From Psammoneis japonica (taxonomy: Eukaryota), in contig QPGO01000005.1 in the NCBI GenBank assembly GCA_008632985.1, positions 310,001-374,000 of the forward strand: a stretch of DNA of 64,000 bases. The letters are read 5' to 3'. The translations under genes were made by a program, and so were the position numbers. The notes under the pieces were generated by a model. The model saw only the letters and a program-made list of their open reading frames with translations, did not search any database and was not told the origin of the DNA. Positions 10,656 through 23,452 of this stretch are shown here, one piece after another. The stretch's first letter is position 1, and each line of letters starts with the position of its first letter.

Positions 10656-13074
10656 ATGAGTCCTCATTTGTTGGCGGTAGCTTTCATCGTGTTTTCATCG
10701 CGGGAGCGTGAGGTGGTCTCCGCCTTTTCTACTAGAAGCGATGCAGCTCGTCGGAGAACCTTTTCGACAACCCCTTCACTTGAAATGGTATCAACTAGCA
10801 GTAGTTCTAGTCGAGGAGTGAGCACTCCCCCAAGCAAGTACCCGACAGAACGAGGCACAGAAGTAAACAGCCGAAACATTGTATCAGCCAGTGGAGGAGA
10901 TCATTTGACAGCGATTCGTTTGTCGCATATTTTATTTGCATCCGAGGAATTGGCAATTAATACGTTGGCAGACCTCAAAAAGGCCACTCTTGCGTTTGAC
11001 GAAGTGGCGGGACAAATAAGCAATTGTGCGGCAACAAGAGAGCACGGTGGTTCTGTGGGATGGGTATCGGCAGATGATAAGTATGGTGAATCTCCAGACG
11101 TCAATGAACATCTTGACCAGATTCTTCCACGAGATGCGAGGACAAAAATATTAAACATGTCAACAAAGGTCTGTGCAGTTCATAAACGTTGATTCATGCC
11201 TCGAGGTTACAGTACGGTACACTAAAGGAGGGACTGTTGCCGTGAATCACTCACCGAGCGCGTTTTCGATTTGTTCTTTTTTCTATCAAACCTGAAGCCG
11301 GGCGATATCATTATGGTACCATCTTCACGAGGTCACCACTTGGTGCAGATTGTTGATGTAATGGTTGATGTTTCCAAGATGGCGTTCCAAAAGCCTCGAA
11401 ACAGGAGAAAAACTGCTCCGGGCGAAGTTATTCCTGGAATCATGGGTGGAGCACTCACTTTGGATGGTACAGCGGATTTGACGTACAAGCTGGAAACAAT
11501 GGGCTGTCAAATGAATGCTGCAGACTCAGAGAGAATGGAGGGGCAGTTACAAGATCTTGGTATAAGACCGCTGCTACCGGAGGAAGAAAAGGCAATGGCA
11601 AAGCCTGATGTAGTTGTCTTCAATACATGTTCGATCCGAGACCACGCAGAGCAGAAGGTTTATTCGTGAGTGACTCGTCCAAGAGAGGAGGCTAGTTGTG
11701 CTGTATAGGTGATGTCCTACATCTAACTTTTTCTCTTAATTTTGTAAAGATACATTGGTCCATATGCAAAGAGAAAAAGGGAAGGGGAAGATGTTACCAT
11801 TGTTGTTGCTGGCTGTGTAGCACAGCAAGAAGGTGAGGCTTTGTTACGAAGATCTCCAGAGATCGATCTCGTTATGGGTCCACAATATGCCAATCGGATC
11901 GGAGACTTGCTTGAGGACGTGTCGAATGGTAACCAAGTTGTCGCGACAGAAGCCACCCATATTATGGAAGACTCGACCAAGCCCAGACGTAGCTCGACGA
12001 CGGCTGCGTGGGTGAATGTCATTTACGGATGTAACGAGAGGTGTCGATTCTGTATTGTACCTACAACACGTGGAGTTGAACAGAGTCGACCTGCCGAGAG
12101 CATTGTGCGCGAAGTAGAGGAGTTAGTGAGTCAAGGATACAAGGAGGTGACTCTTTTGGGTCAGAACATTGAGTACGTCTCGTGACCCTCAGCAAACTTT
12201 CGCTTTTTGAGTGTCGATTCTAGCACAAGGCTTACTTTTTTCTTTTATTTCTTCTAACCGTTGTAGTGCGTACGGGAGAGACATGATCCCGAAACGAAAG
12301 TTCTCGGACCTCTTGAGAACCATTGGCTCCATTGCTGGTCTCAAGCGGCTTCGCTTCGTTACATCGCATCCTCGCTACATGAGCCTCGCCGTTGTGGACG
12401 CCGTTGCAGAAACCGAAAGTGCCTGTGAAAGCTTTCATATTCCTTTTCAGAGCGGTTCTAACGAAGTGCTGAATGCCATGGGACGTGGTCATACGAGAGA
12501 GAAGTATCTTACGATTGTAGATCGAATTCGCTCGGTAAGGATTGTGTTGCATTATGTTTGGGATCATCAACGTAACTTGTACTCTCATGGGTATAAACTA
12601 CACTTGTGCTTCATTATGACCTTGGTGCAGAGATTGCCTGACGCCTCCATAACAGCCGATGTGATCGTGGGATTTCCGGGCGAAACGGAGGAGCAGTTTG
12701 AGGAGACGCTGAGTTTAATGAGAGAGGTTGTCTTTGATTCTGTAAACACGGCTGCCTATTCTCCTCGACCAAACACACCAGCTGCGACCTGGGACAATCA
12801 AGTACCTGAGAAAGTCAAGCGTGAGCGTTTAGCCAGAATCAATGCGTTAAATTTGGAACATGCGGCCCAACGACGAGCTCGAATGAAAGACCGTGTAGTC
12901 GAGGTCCTCATTGAAGAAAGAAACGTGCAAGTTCCAACTCAAGTGATGGGACGAACAACCCATGGGTACATTGTCTACTGCGAAGGAGACATTGACGAAC
13001 TTCGAGGACAGCTGGTCAACGTCAAGATCGACGACTGCCAGACCTATTACCTCGCCGGGAGCATCGTGCAATGA
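10656..13074 (+). CDS. miaB: MiaB-type tRNA methylthiotransferase with an N-terminal parvulin-like PPIase domain; about 5 exons, probably plastid-targeted
   Basis: [28 protein letters not shown], radical-[33 protein letters not shown] and a C-terminal TRAM domain. Upstream are RLSHIL...[13 protein letters not shown]...SSRGHHLV (parvulin) and a VSA-FST targeting motif. Confidence 0.92.
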
Positions 13075-13320
13075 GCTAGCATGAAATGAATTACATTTTG
13101 AGTTAGTTTTATGAATTTCTAATGTTTTCTTAAGTCCGTCTCTCTTGCAGAGTGCTCGGAGGAGTATGTATGCAAAAAAGGGGAAAAGGCAATGGCAGCC
13201 GGTCACAGCCCCAAACAGCGTCGCTTTTGCAACGCACCGTGGCGAATTCGACTGAGTTTCTTCGCCTCTAGTCCGTGACCGAGTCCTTGTTGCGTTTTCC
13301 TAACAGAGAGTGGTAAAAGC

Positions 13321-14198
13321 TCACGGCGACACCATTGCAGCATCTTTTTTGGTTCTGCCCAGGGTCGACAATTGGCACAAGGCAGCGGCGGCTATTGCAG
13401 TGCCTACAGCATTATCGACCTGCCCATATGGATCGGGGCTGACGCACATTTGTGAAAATGAGTTGGTGGGTGACAATGATGGAGGTGTCGAGGGTGGTGG
13501 AGTGTGGGGCCCACCAAAAGAAAAGGAAAGATTCCCGTTTCCAAGGGTTGCATGGAATGCTGGTCGTCTAGGTAGCATAGCGGGAGTGGGCATGGGCATT
13601 CGTGGCCCCTCAATCCTTCTTCTGGGGATCACACTCTTCATGTTGTGAAGCTTCTTCGGCTCTTGCCTTGGCGGCACACGAATCTTCTTTGCGGGAGGGC
13701 CTTCGTCTATTAGGTGAGGTACGTGGAGAGACTCGTGGGAAGCAGAGGCCTTTCTTGAGGTATTTCGGAAGCGACGCATAACTACGCATTCAAAGTACTC
13801 TCTGTTCTCTTCCAAAGGCGCAAATACATTCTCTCCGGCTTCAAATCTCTTCATAACCTTCTGACCATGGCTCTTAATTTGAACAAGAGACCTAAGGCAG
13901 ACGCATCGAAAAAAAAAAATCAGTAAAACGGAGTTAGCAAAAAATATCTTTGAAGAACACGGGAAGAGTATGTTTGCCTCCACCCCCGGCATTACACTCA
14001 CCTAGTTGGAAGAAAGGCTCCGATCTTCTTCCACTTTCCCTTCCCAAACTTGCTAAGGCCATATAAGAACAGAAGCTTTTCTTCATGAGTCCAGCGACCT
14101 GTTAAGACGGTTTTCGTCGCGTGCTTGGCCTGCTTTTTGGCCTTCACCACGTTGCAGCTATTTCCGAGCAGTGTTCGTGGTGCAATTGCAACTGTCAT
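13321..14198 (-). CDS. MYB-related (SHAQKY-class) transcription factor; 2 exons
   Basis: TGRWTHEEKLLFLYGLSKFGKGKWKKIGAFLPTR joined across an intron (~14002-13894) to SLVQIKSHGQK. Pro/Ser-rich tail ending in AAAALCQL. Confidence 0.9.
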
Positions 14199-15489
14199 GT
14201 TTACGGCGATGAATGGGCTTTATAAGCTCTCCTTGTGCTATTCGAGAGAGTATTCTAAACACAGGAGTTGCTGTTCTTGTTTGCAACAGAGTTGTGCGAT
14301 GATGAAAAGAGTCGGCGGCATCCAAAAGCGGTTTCAGGGTTCACGACATCGACGAAAAGTGGTCAAATACAAGACTCGGACACCCCTAAACGATTGAATC
14401 GTCCAAAATAAATCGCACACTCCCGCCAACGGATTTTGTGAGTTGAGTGTTTTGAGCTACAGATATTGTTAAAGTTGGCAGGCGACAGATATTCTGTACC
14501 AGACCCAGCGTAACTCTCTAGAAATATCTTCGCATAAACCTCATTTTATTTCTATCTACATAGTTATATTTTTTTAAACAACGTCATTTTCTAAATTGGA
14601 AAATCTACAATCTTGCGACAAAGTTTCAATAATATATTTCAATAATTCATGAATATGTTTTATTTTCAAAAGGTATCTTGTTTTTGAAGCCCGAACGACT
14701 GCTGGCGACAGAACAAGATCCCCACGTAGAATTCAACACGGATTTGTATCGGACACAAAATCGATATAAAAGAGGCTTGCGTCAGATGCAACTGATGGAA
14801 TCAGGAATCTTTTCTTTTTTGTATTGGACAACGAGGCTCAATTTCGAATTCCAAACTGCGCGAATACGCGCGAACTGCAACTGTCATCATTCACAACGCA
14901 GTCAAAAAAGCAGAGGTAAGAATGGTCCGCGATGGCGAAGGCGGCACCCCTGACGCTTCTGCACCATTTCGTTTCGTTATTCTTGTCCCTTCACGTCATA
15001 TGAGTATCAAGTGATTGACCCTTGCGAAGAGAGCTACGGAATCAACCGTGTTGTGTTGTTTCGGCGCTGCCTACCTTCATCATGGCGAACGACGAAAAGC
15101 TCGCCGCAACTCACTTGAGTCGGTGACAATGGAATCAGTACAGTTTCTACCTAATTTTCACGTGGGCAGAGTGTCTTTTTCGCTTATATTTGATCTTCGT
15201 TGGATTAGATGAACAAATCGTATCTACGTATCTTTCCGAATATTAGTATAATCCGTTGCGCGCAGTTTGCGAGCGCGAAACTGGATCGGTTCGTTCTCGC
15301 TCTTGTTGCGCAACGAAAACCTCGCTTCATTCATCCTGTCGTCATTTGTCTGTTGTGTGTTGTGTGACTATTGGCGGCACGTTGCGCCCACACTCATCGT
15401 TTCCGCTTGTTTGACTCTCTAGATATCGAAGTTCCTGCTACATTTGTTCTGGTTGATCAAGTGCCGGAAAAGTGCTGTGGTCGTCAAGC

Positions 15490-18400
15490 ATGTCGGACGA
15501 GCACGTGCCAGCTGAAGATTCTGCGGTGCAAGTTGAAGAAGGAGTTGCTGCAGATGGTGAGGATCCAGAGCTAACTGCCTCTGACGATCGTAAAGCTACG
15601 CAAGTGTCATCAGGTCAGACAGAAGAGACCGAGGATATGCAAGTGGATGACGCATCTCCAACCGAGAATGGCGTCGGAGGCAACGCTGTTGACGACGCAC
15701 CGCAATACGGGACACGCCAGATTAAAGCGGGGTCTGATGATGTGGAAGCGGGTGTGGAAGATATGCAAGTCATGGACGTCGAAGGAGACGTTATCGAGGA
15801 AACGAAACAGGATCCAGTGTCAGAGGAGGAACTTGGTGACGAGCTTCCAGAGAACACTTCGAGCAGCGCTCCAGGAGTTCAAGTAGACGCTACAAGCGAT
15901 AATGCTGAAGCTGCGGCGGATAAGAAAGCTGAAATACCTTACAGTATAAGGGGGCGTCAGCCACCTAGAGACAGCTCTGATTTTGAAACGTCAAGAGGAG
16001 GTTATCGTGACACTGGATCGGATGCGGGTTTTCATGAGGGGGGCAGTGACTATGGAGGTCGCGAAACTACGAGAGATACTGCCCCAGGCACATCCTTTCT
16101 TGAGTCCTTGACCGAAGAAGAGCGGCGTCTTCGCACCAGATACCTACCTGATGTTGAGGGTATTCGTATGCTCCATAAGAGTGAAATCAAGAGGGACTTA
16201 TCCATGGCGCGGTCCATTGGTGGTGCTGGTGCCATGGCTTCTTCATCGAAAAAGAAAGGAAAGAAGTCACAAGGCAGGTTTTCTGATGAAGATAGGATGG
16301 ATACTGGCGACGAAGGAAACAAAGAAGTCGAAGATGACCGGTCTTCAGAAATATCGTCTAGGCTTGGCAGTACCAACATTGACCTAGATACTCGAGAATT
16401 GTCCATTCTCTCGGGGGCTTTTGTGTCTCCTCCCGAATCTATTACCTCCTCAACCGGAGACTTGAACGATGCGAGAGAGGGCCAGTCGACTGTTAAACGA
16501 TGGCAGGCACCGTCAAGATCTTCCCTTGTTGTAGAGTCTATAACGGCGTATAATCCACCTCGACCGGCGGAGTCGACGGCCGCCAAGAAAAAACACCGGA
16601 TGCTACGTTGGGAACGCAACCCTCAGGCTGCAGAAAAGGAGTTGCGTGCGCTACAACAGACAGTCCAGAACATTCGTGGAGAACTTCACAGAGCAGAAGG
16701 CGAACGCGGGCGTCTGGTAACCGCGAATTCGGTTTTGCGAACGCATTTCCTTAGCCAATTGAATTCAATGAAGAACGAGAGCATTAGGCTAAACGAGGAG
16801 TTGGCTAATGTCCAGGTGGACTGCGTTAAGACAGCCGACCTGTTAACTTCCCGCACCCGCAGCCGCGGTGCAGGAAAGGGCGTTTATTTGATGAGAGATG
16901 TCCTTACAGTTTTGAGAAGTCGCGGGGTGTCGCTTTCTGAGAAAGGGGTTCTCCCTTTGAAATCTCACGTCGACAGTTCTCTCTCTGGTATTGGTGGGTT
17001 GACCAATACAAGTTTTGTTGATTGGGACGTTGACACGTCGCTCGGCTCTAACCCTCTTGCAGCAGGCTGGGTCCTTCCCGGGGACAAGGTACAAACACCT
17101 TACGGGGAGGGAGTCGCCGTGCGAGTGTTTGGTCCCCGCAAATTGGATACGAGTGAATCACCTGTCGAGTATCAGCGTTCAAAGGCAGCCGACCCTCTTG
17201 AAAAGGACGCGCCAAAAGAAACAAAGCCCGAATCGGGGACTACTTCAGTCGAGAGTAGCCCCACGAAGAGCCACGGGTTTGGCCTTAGTGAGACGAATCC
17301 TAAAGACATGGACGGAAAAACAAACAACGATGACCAGAAGGAAGGGCCTACAAATGGATCCTCTGCTGCAGAAAAGGACACTGCCAGCCCAAAAACTAAC
17401 GTCGCGAAAGATAGCGCGAAAAAGTCTGAGAAGGAAAAGAAGAAAGCAAATCCGAAGAAGTCAAAAGCACCAACCGCCAAGCCCGGTAAAGACGACGACG
17501 AAGAGTCGAAGCACGTCCTTCTTCCTAGCGTATGCGTCCGCCTCCCCTTCGGTCTTGGTTTCTTTCCCTTGGATGTGGTAATGTCCAGGGAGGACTCGTC
17601 GTCGTACTCTGATGCGATGCTTTCATCTCGATGGAAGAAAATGGTGGAAGTTGCGATATCTGTTGGGTCTTACTTAGACGTTGCTGGAACGGAGCATGAA
17701 ATAGTGAAGGATCGGTCCTCAGGTCGTGGACCGCTGGATAACGATTCCGACGAAGCTTCTGCCGCCACAGGTTCGAGAAACCCTGAAAGCGAACCCATGG
17801 ATGTCGACCGCGACAGTTGGTCCGCTCCGTCGAATGCCATTGAAAACAAGGAAGCGAGTGTCAACCGGCGGGAGAGTCAGAGCACAGACGGGCTATCGGC
17901 TTCTGAGATGATGGGTGAGAATAAGTCAGAAAGGAGTAGCATTGTGCCAGTTGGCGCCGGTATGTTGCCAACTGCATCAAGCCGTGGCGCTCTTTTACCC
18001 GATTCTTCGATCTCCACCCTAGAGAATGGACTTGGTGCTGCCTTTGATGGTTTTAGCTCCATGCTTGGGAAGGTAAGACGTGTCAATTGGAAGCCATCTT
18101 CGTTTCTGTCGTACGAGGTCTCTCGACTTACACTTGTTTCACCTTCTCTTCGTTCAAGCCCGACAATCCTGGTATGCCCAATGGTGTGAGGAATTGGGAG
18201 AATCAACGTTACGAGACTTGCATACTTCAGGCAAAAGTTTTGCAGCTTCGAAACGAATTGTACCGCCAGCGCCGCATCCGTACGCTGAACGAGCGCGTTT
18301 TTGTTACATCCAGAGACCGTTCTCACCGCGTAGAAAACTTGCTGTCTGAAATGAGGGCTGACTTGAAATCTCTGAAAGAAAGACTAGAAGGAGAACTTCT

Positions 18401-18926
18401 CAAGCTTGGTAAGAGGAATTCGAAATCCCGCGTTTTGTACTGTGACTGAGCTGTGAGGTTTTCGTAAGCTTACAATACATTCTTGTTTTCGGGCTTTACA
18501 GGCATTGATGAAGAAAAGGCTGAGATCATTCTATCAGCGTACTACAAGAACAAGGAGAACAGGGAGAAAATCTCCACAGATGCTACCCCACCCCCAAAGG
18601 TATGTTTGTGCTGCATCTGTTGTAGAAACATGTGTGGAAACTCGAATAAATCGTTAATGTCACGTCTTGTCCTCTTTAAATTTCTTCAGCGAAAGCGCAA
18701 GCCGCCAAAAGAACAACCAGTGCTGGAACCCAAGCATACCCGTCGTCGCGCTGCGGAATCTGCGGAAGAAGCAGCGTTATTCGACCAGGGAGACGGTACA
18801 TTGAGGGGCACTGAGCAATATGGAGAAAGTGACGACAGACTCTCTGGCGATATGTCTGTCGATCAGTCCAGCGACGACGACATGGACTCGAGGAGAGCCA
18901 CCAAGCGTAGTAGGGTTGCTGCGTAA
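15490..18926 (+). CDS. Large hypothetical, probably nuclear, protein (acidic disordered N-terminus, coiled coils, basic NLS-like patches); about 4 exons
   Basis: 905-codon open frame plus spliced downstream exons (GT at ~18073, 18409, 18600). Contains a GDKVQTPYGEGV segment, coiled-coil heptads and KKKGKK/RKRK patches. No family assigned. Confidence 0.75.
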
Positions 18927-18986
18927 ACACAAGGGATAATGAAAATGCTGTTTTTGTGTATCTTTGTCTATCGTCTCGCCCCTTGA

Positions 18987-21638
18987 TTATGTGCTACACT
19001 CCTTTACTTGCGATTCAGTTGCAGTCCGCTGACTGTAGTATCCGCTGTAATCCAACTGAAACATCAAAAACCAAAGCGAGTCAACATCGAGCGAATTACT
19101 ACTTTCCGTAGAGGTCGGCCTTTGTCGCACAGATTCTGCGAACACTCTACCGGCTGTGGGAGAAGACACATCAGAATAGAAGGACGGATCGTCAAATCCA
19201 CTGCCATTGACTGTTTCTTGAAGACCACGTTGCACCTTGATGAACGTTTGTTGGAACTCGTCCGACACCCGAACCATCTTCTTCACCATGAATTCGTCTG
19301 CCAATCCATAAAAAGACTGGCTTAAGCTCTGGTCCGGCTCGAATGTATACCCCCACTGGTGCTTCTCGTCTTGAAGAAGTAAAGCCTCTTTGGATTTCTC
19401 GATTGCCGCTTCAATGTCACTTAAAGCATCCGCGAAAAGTCCGTCTTGAAGGGTGCAGAATGCACGTACAATGTACAGCAGGTGATCGAGCTGTAGGGCC
19501 AGTGTAGTTTCCCGACGATGCTTGCTCGATTCCATCAAGGACTCGTCATGCAAGAAGCTCTTTCGAACAACATGCTCGAGATATGTTTCGTGAGCCAGAA
19601 TCACGTCATCCAAGGTCTTTGCTGCTTTGATTTTCTGAAGGAGATCTTTCCATCCTTGTTCAAGGACTCCGATCATTAAGTAGCTCTGGAGGTTACTCAC
19701 AAAATGAAGCATGGATTGCCGAGCCAAACACACTTGGCGGAGGAACCCCTTTGCCCGACGATACGGCTTGCTAATTTCAGGAGTGATGTGAATAACTTGA
19801 GCGTAAAGGGCAATTGCATGATGCAACGAGGTACTCTGACGCCACGTTGCATTCAGCATGTACTCAACACGTTTCAGTCGGAACAGAAGGGAAAAGATTA
19901 GCTTGTATCGGGCCAATGCCTTTGGATGGACAATTGCTTGAAGTGAAGAAGGGACATCGTAGGTCAACATGAATATATCCCAGCCGGATCTGATATCATC
20001 GCTTTCGTCGTCACCCGAGCTGCCCGCGTCGAGCCCCGGACCAAACGTATAGTCCTTATCGTCCATCAAGAGCTCTACACGTAGCCGCTCTAGCGTGTAC
20101 GGAGGAAGTGCCATGGCGTTTGTGCTCTGCAAAGCTCCATCCACAATAGACATTAAAGATCCGGCATACAGTCCACTGATTCCATCTCGTTGTTCAAAGT
20201 CTTGGTGAAGCCCATCCATAAGAGTCGTGATAAAGTCTCCCTGCCCAAGTAGGAGGAACTGTTTGAGAGCCCAAAGGTGCTGGACCAAATGGTGTTTCTG
20301 GAAGAGCGACCGGAGAATATGTGAATGTACCTGATGTGCAGCATGGGCCAAGGTCCGGTGAAGAGGCGAGACGAAGCTTCCGTCCGGGCCGGACCGTATC
20401 TTGGCACTGGTAGTTGAGTAATGATATCCCAGCCGTAGTTTGATGTCTTCCTCACTTGAAACGGTGTCATTGGTTGTTTCCTTGTCGTCGTGCATTTCGA
20501 GTGTCCATTCCGTGTCAAGCAGACAATGTCTAATATAGTTGATCCCCTTACCAACAATCAAACTGGGTTTTACCAAGTCTCTTTCAAGAATCCCAAAAGG
20601 AATGTTGTGGCGGTTGATTTGGTATCGATTCTGCCACATGTGGTCGTCATGCACTTGGGGCTTTTCTACTATGAAGAACTCATTGTGCGGATCGCACAAG
20701 TTGCCCGTCACGGTCCACTGATACAAGATATCATACCATGCATGCGAGGCCGCATACACAATGCTTTGCACCAGGGTCTTGTGACGCGTATCACCGTGAA
20801 TGGTGTGCTGATGCAAGGCGCTCAACAGCTGACCACCGGATAAGTGTGACAATCCATCAGCCAACATGGCCAAAGTCTTGAGTCTGGCAATTGGCATACG
20901 CATCTCCACCATCAATTGTCGAAGAGTCATAGGAGAATCCAACAATCTCGCTTCGAGACTAGCAAGCAAAGCATGATAATCGCATAGTTCCTTGTCCAAT
21001 GCACTCGCCAAGGCGCGAGGTACCACTCCTCCAGGCCTGCCAGATGCGGCAGTCGTATCCACGTCTCGTGTCGTAGAAATAGATGCCGGAGCATTCTGAA
21101 CAGACTCTACAAACGTTTGAACTCGTTTGTAAAGCCAACCGGCTTCACCGCAGATACGCATTGCATCCATAGCACCGCTTCCGATTCGAGAATTGAACTG
21201 AGGACGCTGCAACGCTGACGATCGAATTCGAATCCCCTTGTAGTCAGCAGGGTCTTGCATATAAACATTGCTGTTTTCACTTCCTTCCCAGAAGCGTATT
21301 TGCTCTCCTTCAAGTCCCTGCAAAGCGTACAGGCATTCACGAAGCAGTAGTGTTTCTTCCAATTGTGCCTCTGTATGACGGCCTAAATCATCTGGAGTTT
21401 CATTCTGTAGAAGATCTGCTGCTGGATCCGAACTGCCGACGTTTCGGTTTTCGTGATGATTCATGGCCAAAGCTAGAACTGTTTGATCGTCTGCATTGCT
21501 ACTCACGGGAGCACCATCCACTCTCAGCGCTTGCCGTAGCAGCGCCGTAAGCTCAGAAATGTCACGTGGGTTAGCATTCGCATTGGTGCTACTAGCGGTA
21601 TGTTCGCCCTCGGCATGTGAGGGTGGCTGAAATCTCAT
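18987..21638 (-). CDS. GCP3: Gamma-tubulin complex component 3 (Spc98)
   Basis: LLRECLYALQG, GEAGWLYKRV, HGD, W...G.L.DPHNEFFI, GKGINYIR, ALKQFLLLGQGDF, GWDIFMLTYDV, LFRLKRVEY.L, AKTLDDVILAHETYL. Confidence 0.9.
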   Translation of the reverse strand: MRFQPPSHAEGEHTASSTNANANPRDISELTALLRQALRVDGAPVSSNADDQTVLALAMNHHENRNVGSSDPAADLLQNETPDDLGRHTEAQLEETLLLRECLYALQGLEGEQIRFWEGSENSNVYMQDPADYKGIRIRSSALQRPQFNSRIGSGAMDAMRICGEAGWLYKRVQTFVESVQNAPASISTTRDVDTTAASGRPGGVVPRALASALDKELCDYHALLASLEARLLDSPMTLRQLMVEMRMPIARLKTLAMLADGLSHLSGGQLLSALHQHTIHGDTRHKTLVQSIVYAASHAWYDILYQWTVTGNLCDPHNEFFIVEKPQVHDDHMWQNRYQINRHNIPFGILERDLVKPSLIVGKGINYIRHCLLDTEWTLEMHDDKETTNDTVSSEEDIKLRLGYHYSTTSAKIRSGPDGSFVSPLHRTLAHAAHQVHSHILRSLFQKHHLVQHLWALKQFLLLGQGDFITTLMDGLHQDFEQRDGISGLYAGSLMSIVDGALQSTNAMALPPYTLERLRVELLMDDKDYTFGPGLDAGSSGDDESDDIRSGWDIFMLTYDVPSSLQAIVHPKALARYKLIFSLLFRLKRVEYMLNATWRQSTSLHHAIALYAQVIHITPEISKPYRRAKGFLRQVCLARQSMLHFVSNLQSYLMIGVLEQGWKDLLQKIKAAKTLDDVILAHETYLEHVVRKSFLHDESLMESSKHRRETTLALQLDHLLYIVRAFCTLQDGLFADALSDIEAAIEKSKEALLLQDEKHQWGYTFEPDQSLSQSFYGLADEFMVKKMVRVSDEFQQTFIKVQRGLQETVNGSGFDDPSFYSDVSSPTAGRVFAESVRQRPTSTESSNSLDVDSLWFLMFQLDYSGYYSQRTATESQVKECST

Positions 21639-22264
21639 GGTTGACCTTAGCTGCTATGATAGATGTACTTATGGCCCCTCTGACCACAATCTTCCATTGT
21701 CCATGGGCGTACGTGTAAAGTGGTTTCTTGTCAACCTCGCTGTCAACCTGAATCCTTTTGTCACAAGACTCGGACCTCAATCTCCGGGTCTTTCTCCGAT
21801 TTTTTGTCTTATTCAAATGTGAAATCATATAATAAAAGTGGTTTTTAAATACGGAGAAGTTTCCTATTTTAAGTTAGTCCGTCTCATCATTGATTGGGCT
21901 ACGAGCTATCTGTGCCATGTTGTCTCTTACGATCAGTACTGCTCCACATCCTCTTTTTGATACGTTGCCTCTTCTATCACAACTCTGTCAACACGCGCTT
22001 CTGTGCTTCCTGCCGTTGTGAACAACGCCTGCCGGATGATTACATTATAGTATCCGTTTATGTGTTTTGTGAGCTCGTGAATCTCCGGGTCTTCCTGACA
22101 TCATCCACGTACAATTTCACTGCAACTGTACCAGCGGCACTGGCTAAATCCAAAACCGAGCAAAAAATCCGCACGATTTGACACGCGGATTCGCTCACAT
22201 TTTTTAGATTTCTTTCGTCTCAATGGCGTGAGCGAGTGTTTCTTGCAGTCGCATCACGTTCACC

Positions 22265-23404
22265 ATGACATTCACATCGAGTGTGAGACGTCTCTTTTCC
22301 ACTAAAAGCCGAAAGAAGAGCAAGAAGAGCCGTACCGACGAAATAAGTGCCGCAAACGCAGAAATAGTATCGTCCTCGTCAGGCGGAGATGCAGTCCCGG
22401 CTTCAAAAGAATTGCGGTACGTCACGAAGTTTGACTGGGAGGATGAATTCACGCAATTGTTCGGAATATACACTGGTCCAGTAGACTCAGACGGTCAACC
22501 TCATGGTGTGGGAGTGGTGCGCTATTCGAACGGAAGTGTCTATGATGGTCGTTTTAATCATGGTGTCAAGAGCGGAATTGGCGTTTACACGTGGCCAGAC
22601 AGCAGTGCTCACTATCAAGGACATTTTCAGCACAATTCATTTCATGGAGAAGGAACTTATACCTCTAAAAATGGGGATCTATATTCGGGATCTTTTCTTG
22701 GCGGAAAATATCACGGTCGGGGCACCTTGACGTTTTCGGATGGTACCGTTTACGATGGAAGATTTCGAGAAGGAAGAAAGCATGGCACGGGAACCCTCAA
22801 AGATGCAAATGGTGAGTGTCTTCAACAAGGCAGATGGAGACATGACATATATGTCACTGCAGATTCTAGAACTCTTGCTCTTATTGAAGTAGCAATGAAA
22901 AAGAGCCTGAACGACCGCGTAACATACGATGACTTGGGAAACGTAATCAAGTTGGATTTGAGCTGGTACCTCGACTTGACAGCAATACCCGAAGAAATCG
23001 GAGAACTCTCTGAATTGGTTACACTCAATCTTACTGGATGTGTACAACTAAAGGAGCTTCCGTCCACTATTGGTATGCTCTCCAAACTGGAAACATTCCA
23101 TGTGAGTGATTGCGAGAGTCTCGTTAAGATTCCTCCTGAAATTGGAAAACTGACGCAACTAAAGGAGCTCAATATTTCGAATTGCAAGCGACTTATTCAG
23201 ATTCCTCATGAAGTTGCAAAGCTGCTGAACTTGAAAGTGTTGATAGTTGGAGGTTGCAGACGACTTGCATCGCTTCCTCCTCAAATTGCGCAGTTGTCCG
23301 AACTGAGAATTTTTGTAGCAAGTGGATGCCCACGCCTTCGGACATCCGCCGTTGAGTTCCAACAACTTCGAGAAGAGACTCATATGGATATTGCGAATAG
23401 CTAA
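22265..23404 (+). CDS. MORN-repeat + leucine-rich-repeat protein
   Basis: About 6 MORN repeats (YxGxFxxGxxHGxGxxxxxxG), then about 5-6 LRRs of the LxxLPxxIGxLxxLxxLxLSxC type. Confidence 0.9.
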   Translation: MTFTSSVRRLFSTKSRKKSKKSRTDEISAANAEIVSSSSGGDAVPASKELRYVTKFDWEDEFTQLFGIYTGPVDSDGQPHGVGVVRYSNGSVYDGRFNHGVKSGIGVYTWPDSSAHYQGHFQHNSFHGEGTYTSKNGDLYSGSFLGGKYHGRGTLTFSDGTVYDGRFREGRKHGTGTLKDANGECLQQGRWRHDIYVTADSRTLALIEVAMKKSLNDRVTYDDLGNVIKLDLSWYLDLTAIPEEIGELSELVTLNLTGCVQLKELPSTIGMLSKLETFHVSDCESLVKIPPEIGKLTQLKELNISNCKRLIQIPHEVAKLLNLKVLIVGGCRRLASLPPQIAQLSELRIFVASGCPRLRTSAVEFQQLREETHMDIANS

Positions 23405-23452
23405 CCTATTAATGTCCCCTAGAGTAGAGACCGTCTACCGGGTCGTTACGCT

